Program-made: the position numbers and the translations under genes
The notes under the pieces: model-generated
Databases searched by the model: none
The model's input: only the letters and a program-made list of their open reading frames with translations
Told to the model about the DNA's origin: nothing
Part shown: in pieces, positions 48,753-52,726 of the stretch
How the letters are laid out: the number at the start of each line of letters is the position of its first letter
Position numbering within the stretch: position 1 is the first letter of the stretch
Assembly (NCBI GenBank): GCA_025201805.1
Contig: MU619291.1
Span: forward strand, 132,471 to 185,196
Source: Parasitella parasitica NRRL 2501
Taxonomy: Eukaryota; Fungi; Mucoromycota
Reading direction: 5' to 3'
Length of the DNA: 52,726 bases

Positions 48753-50857
48753 ATGTTTCGTGTTTTTTGGTTCGTTTTACTGATTTTCTTTTCCGCTTTG
48801 CTATACTTTTATCAAATGTGTGTTCCTTCTGCCACTATTGACCTTAGCACTCAAGCCAACATTGACCAAGTCAAGACAACTCATCTTCATTTGAACTGGA
48901 CTGTTGACTTTGAGAATCAAATTCTCCATGGTAATGTTGTTCTTGATTTAGTCACCATGGTTGACAGCGTAGACAAGGTTGTCTTGGACACAAGCTACCT
49001 TGAAATCAAGTCTGTATCGTTTGGGAAAGAAAACTTGAAGGTTGGTTTTTATAAAATACAGAAGGGTTCCAGTGCAATTGAGCTTATTTACTTAGTTCCA
49101 CGTTGCCAAAAGATATGCTAGTTTGGGCTCTGCTCTGACCATTGATTTGCCTGTTGTTGAGAAAGCCGGTACGAACTTTCAGTTAAAGATCGACTATGCA
49201 ACTACTGAAAAGTGCACAGCTGTACAATTCCTGAAACCCGAGTATGATCAAATTTGCACGTTTTCATTGATTTTTATCGTGAAGTTAACAGATTACATAG
49301 ACAAACCCTTGGTGGTAAGCACCCCTATTTGTTCTCTCAAAGTGAACCTGTAAGTCTCTCTTAACGATAAGTTGTCCTCCAATTACTAATTACTCAAGCA
49401 ATGATCAGATCCATGGTCGCGCCATGATCCCCTGTCAAGATTCTCCTTCGGTAAAAGTAACCTATTCGGCTTCCGTTACGTCCCACCTTCCCGTTGTCAT
49501 GTCAGCCCTTCAAACAAGTATTAGTGAAGATACAGATGTGAAAAAGGGCTTCAAAACTTATCATTTCAGTCAAAAGACCACTATCCCCTCTTATTTGATT
49601 GCAATTGCTGTTGGTAATCTGGTTGGCAAAGAAATTGGACCTCGTAGTACTGTTTGGTGCGAGCCAGAGATGATTGAGCAGGCTGCTTGGGAGTTTGCGG
49701 ATACTGAATCATTTGTTGCTACTGGTGAAGCACTCTTGACTCCATATGAATGGGGTCGTTATGATTTACTCGTGCTACCTCCTTCTTTCCCTTATGGTGG
49801 TATGGAAAACCCTTGCCTCACATTTGTAACTCCCACTTTGTTAGCTGGGGACAAAAGTGCTGTTAATGTCATTGCTCACGAAATTTCGCACAGCTGGATG
49901 GGTAATTTAGTTACCACAAATGCCTGGAAGCACTACTGGTTAAATGAAGGCTGGACAGTATTCATTGAGCGTAAGATTCTTGGTCGTCTCAACGGTGAAG
50001 CCACAAGACAATTTGAAGCCTTGAGCGGTCTTAAGGCTTTGCAAGAGAGTGTCGATCTCTTTGGAAAGGATTCGTTGAAAACTGTCTTGAATCCTGATCT
50101 TCGTGATGGTGCTGACCCTGATGACTTCTTTTCCAAAGTTCCCTATGAAAAAGGATTCAACTTTTTGTACCATATTGAAAAGGTTGTCGGCGGTCCGTCC
50201 GTTTTTGAACCTTATATGAAAGCCTATGTTGAGCATTTCGCCTCGACATCTATCTCTACCCAGGACTGGAAGGACTTCTTGTTTGAATACATGGAAAAGA
50301 TGCACGGGCAGCAGATGATTGAAAAATTGAATACAATCGACTTTGATACTTGGATTAATAAGCCTGGCATGCCTCCCGTTGATCCCGAGTTTGATACAAC
50401 ACTTGCCGATGCTTGCTTTGATCTTGCTAAGCGCTGGGATTCTGCTCGTAACGCTGATGATCTATCATCTTTCTCTGCCAAGGACATTGAAAATTTTTCT
50501 GCTGGTCAAAAAATTGTCTTCTTGGAGAAATTGACGGATGCGGAACCCTTACCTCATCATCTGATTGAAAGGATGGATAAGCTATATAAATTCACTCCCA
50601 ACCACAATGCTGATTTGCGCCTTCGTTGGCAACAACTCTGCTTGATGACTAGTTACGAGCCTATTTACCCTGAAGTCGTCAGATTTGTCACTGAGCAAGG
50701 CCGCATGAAATTTGTTCGTCCTCTCTATCGTCTTCTTCACCAAGCAAATAATGGTGCTCAGTTGGCTGTCGATACTTACTTACAACACAAGTCATTTTAC
50801 CATCCTATTGCTGCTCAATTAATTGAAAAAGATATTGGTCTAGTAAAATCATTGTAG
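48753..50857 (+). CDS. lap2: Leukotriene A4 hydrolase / leucine aminopeptidase 2 (M1 zinc peptidase), 4 exons
   Basis: FPYGGMENP, HEISH-x18-E (HEISHSWMGNLVT...WLNEG), VPYEKG and QGRMKFVRPLY. Two in-frame ATGs at 48753 and 48816. Confidence 0.95.
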
Positions 50858-52467
50858 TTGAAATCACGTTGTAATAAACAGTGATCTCTTTCTTTCTAAG
50901 CAAATTTGTTATTTTCGAGACTTCATTCGTACATGCATTTGAAAGCGCTCAAGGTAATACAATCTAGCTATTGTTTACAACTGCAACCAATGGCTTAGCA
51001 TGTCTTCAAGGCATCTCTCTCTCTCTCTCTTGCTTGATCATTTTCTGCAGTATTTCCCTTCTTTCTATGAACAAGTTTCTCTGCAAAGAATAGCACCTTT
51101 TGAAGCACTTCAAACCTATCCACTAGTGCATAACTTCTTCGTGGAATAAGCTATCACTACTAGAGTCTCAATCGACTTTCCTTGACAGGCATCTTCTTTA
51201 CACAAGCCTTTTTCTTTCTTTTTTCTCTTTTTATTGCCATAGTGTCGTCAATAGACGTCTCTATAAGAGCCTAAGTCTAATCTAAGTAACATAAATAGAC
51301 TTATCATGGCAAAGCATGTTGGTTTCATGTTTACGAAGTCAGGAACAATGTTCTGCTTTTCAGAGAGATCTGGAGACAGAAGAAGAGAGCTTTCTCTCCA
51401 CAGATCAAACACACCATTTCTTTTGAACGAGACGATCCAGGCGTGCAAATGTCTGCCTATTGATGTACAAGATATTTAACTGTTCATCTCTATACACATA
51501 TGTATACATATTTAATTGATTCATTGTAAAAATTTGCATATACGTACATTATAAGCATATGCCATAATTATATTGTATCTAGTAAATATTTAAGGAACTC
51601 TCAATGTTAAAAACATCATCATCATCAATCAGCTTTTGCGAAAGCTTTTTTGCAAAAGCTTTTCTACAACCTATTTGGCTTCTTTCAAGTTCTATAAATT
51701 AGGAACCCTTCTTTATCGAATCAAATGATGCTATTGGCCCCTGGATTGCACGATCGAAAAGAAAAAGTTGACTTATCTAGGTGTCAACTGATTATACAGT
51801 TGGGTTTTTGAAGGGCTTACTCCAGTGAGCTGCGTTAAAGAAAAATTAGTAACAGCAGATAAACTGTGGGTTATATTTTTTCTATCGGTTTCATTTATCC
51901 AAGATTTAAATGTGGTTTAGCCACACAAGGAAGTAGTTCCTGAGTAGACAGCAGCTCTTGCTTCAAATATACGCTAAATCACAGACTTCACGGTCTTGTG
52001 TCTGGTAGGGCCATGCCGAAGGACTTTGTAAGGCATGGTGGTCGGTTTTTTGAAGTGATCAATTTCTTCATTTTAATTATATTGCGTTGTAATTTATCCA
52101 AATATTTAGCTAAAGTGCTGTCAGCTGGTATGCTACAATCGGTGAATTTCGTGTCATTGTCTTTGTCATTTTCATATCTTTCATCATTGGAGTTGAATTC
52201 TTCATTACTCTTTCATTTGTTTCATTCGTAATAGATGGTCATTAAAAACTAATAACGAGAATTGTGGCAACATAATATCCTGGTCCCTTTAAGGAAAAAT
52301 CATTGGTACTCAAGGATTGATTGCAATCAAAACCCTTGGCTGAAGAAAAATTTCTTCTGTCAGCAGCTTTTCTATTCAAAAGTTTTAAACAAAGAACTAT
52401 TCAGACTACGCCCACCACATATCACGTGTTTCCAATTTCAAACTCCGACAGTGAAAACGCGAAAGTA

Positions 52468-52589
52468 TTTTTGCAGATAACTTTTGATAGAGACATCGCC
52501 CAGTGGAAAGCAAGGTATGCTCAGATAGCGATGATCATGCCTGTTCTTATGGCGCATAAGACAGTGTTTATTTTGCTCTTTATCGAAGC
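52468..52589 (+). repeat. Dispersed repeat copy B (inverted relative to 34377-34501)
   Basis: Same 43-nt identical core as copy A. It reads ITFDRDIAQWKARYAQIAMIMPVLMAHKTVFILLFIEA after a TTTTTGCAG acceptor-like site. Confidence 0.9.
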
Positions 52590-52726
52590 GTATCATCGAT
52601 TATATGCAATTGTGATATGAAAATTTGTGATATCATCTGATAACTTTATAGATATCAATGAAAACATGAATGTCAATGTTGTTTCCAGATAGCGCCAAGT
52701 CAATGCTAAGTTTTCCAAGTTAGATC

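Noticed and set aside
50846-50857. Peroxisomal PTS1 at the Lap2 C-terminus (-KSL)
   Set aside because: It does not fit the [SAC][KRH][LM] consensus.
1-52726. tRNA/rRNA/snRNA genes, Mucorales sex locus, secondary-metabolite cluster
   Set aside because: By eye I found no cloverleaf or rRNA signature, no HMG/tptA/rnhA genes and no PKS/NRPS/terpene genes. A tRNAscan/Rfam run is still needed to exclude small RNAs.

Overview
This is eukaryotic, intron-rich fungal DNA, very probably Mucorales. The evidence is short 50-70 nt GT-AG introns with CTAAC branch points, AT-rich poly(A/T) intergenic DNA, Mucorales-type Tc1 relics and an F-box-like family gene. Fifteen protein-coding genes could be modelled by hand: an RNF5/RNF185-type RING E3, a Usp-domain protein, acetyl-CoA synthetase, a coiled-coil/SH3-SH3-DH-PH RhoGEF, a ~1677-aa Tag1/DUF3712-like repeat membrane protein, Ufd1, a PX protein, an ALYREF/Yra1-like RRM protein, a small 4-TM protein, a SMYD-like protein, the P5A-ATPase Spf1, an F-box-like protein, Med1, an HSL-family lipase and LTA4H/Lap2 aminopeptidase. 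Intergenic tracts hold three decayed Tc1/mariner (IS630-like DDE) transposase relics, a degenerate 20-bp tandem array, an inverted pair of an unknown ~120-bp exon-like sequence 18 kb apart, and two assembly gaps. I see no unambiguous new multi-gene system. The best leads are the giant LEA-2/DUF3712-repeat protein, the EH-less Pan1/intersectin-like RhoGEF, a probable pseudo-methyltransferase SMYD, the intron-split start codon of Spf1, a possible signal-anchored LTA4H isoform, and the 20-bp array. All family calls come from motif recognition; no database searches were run.
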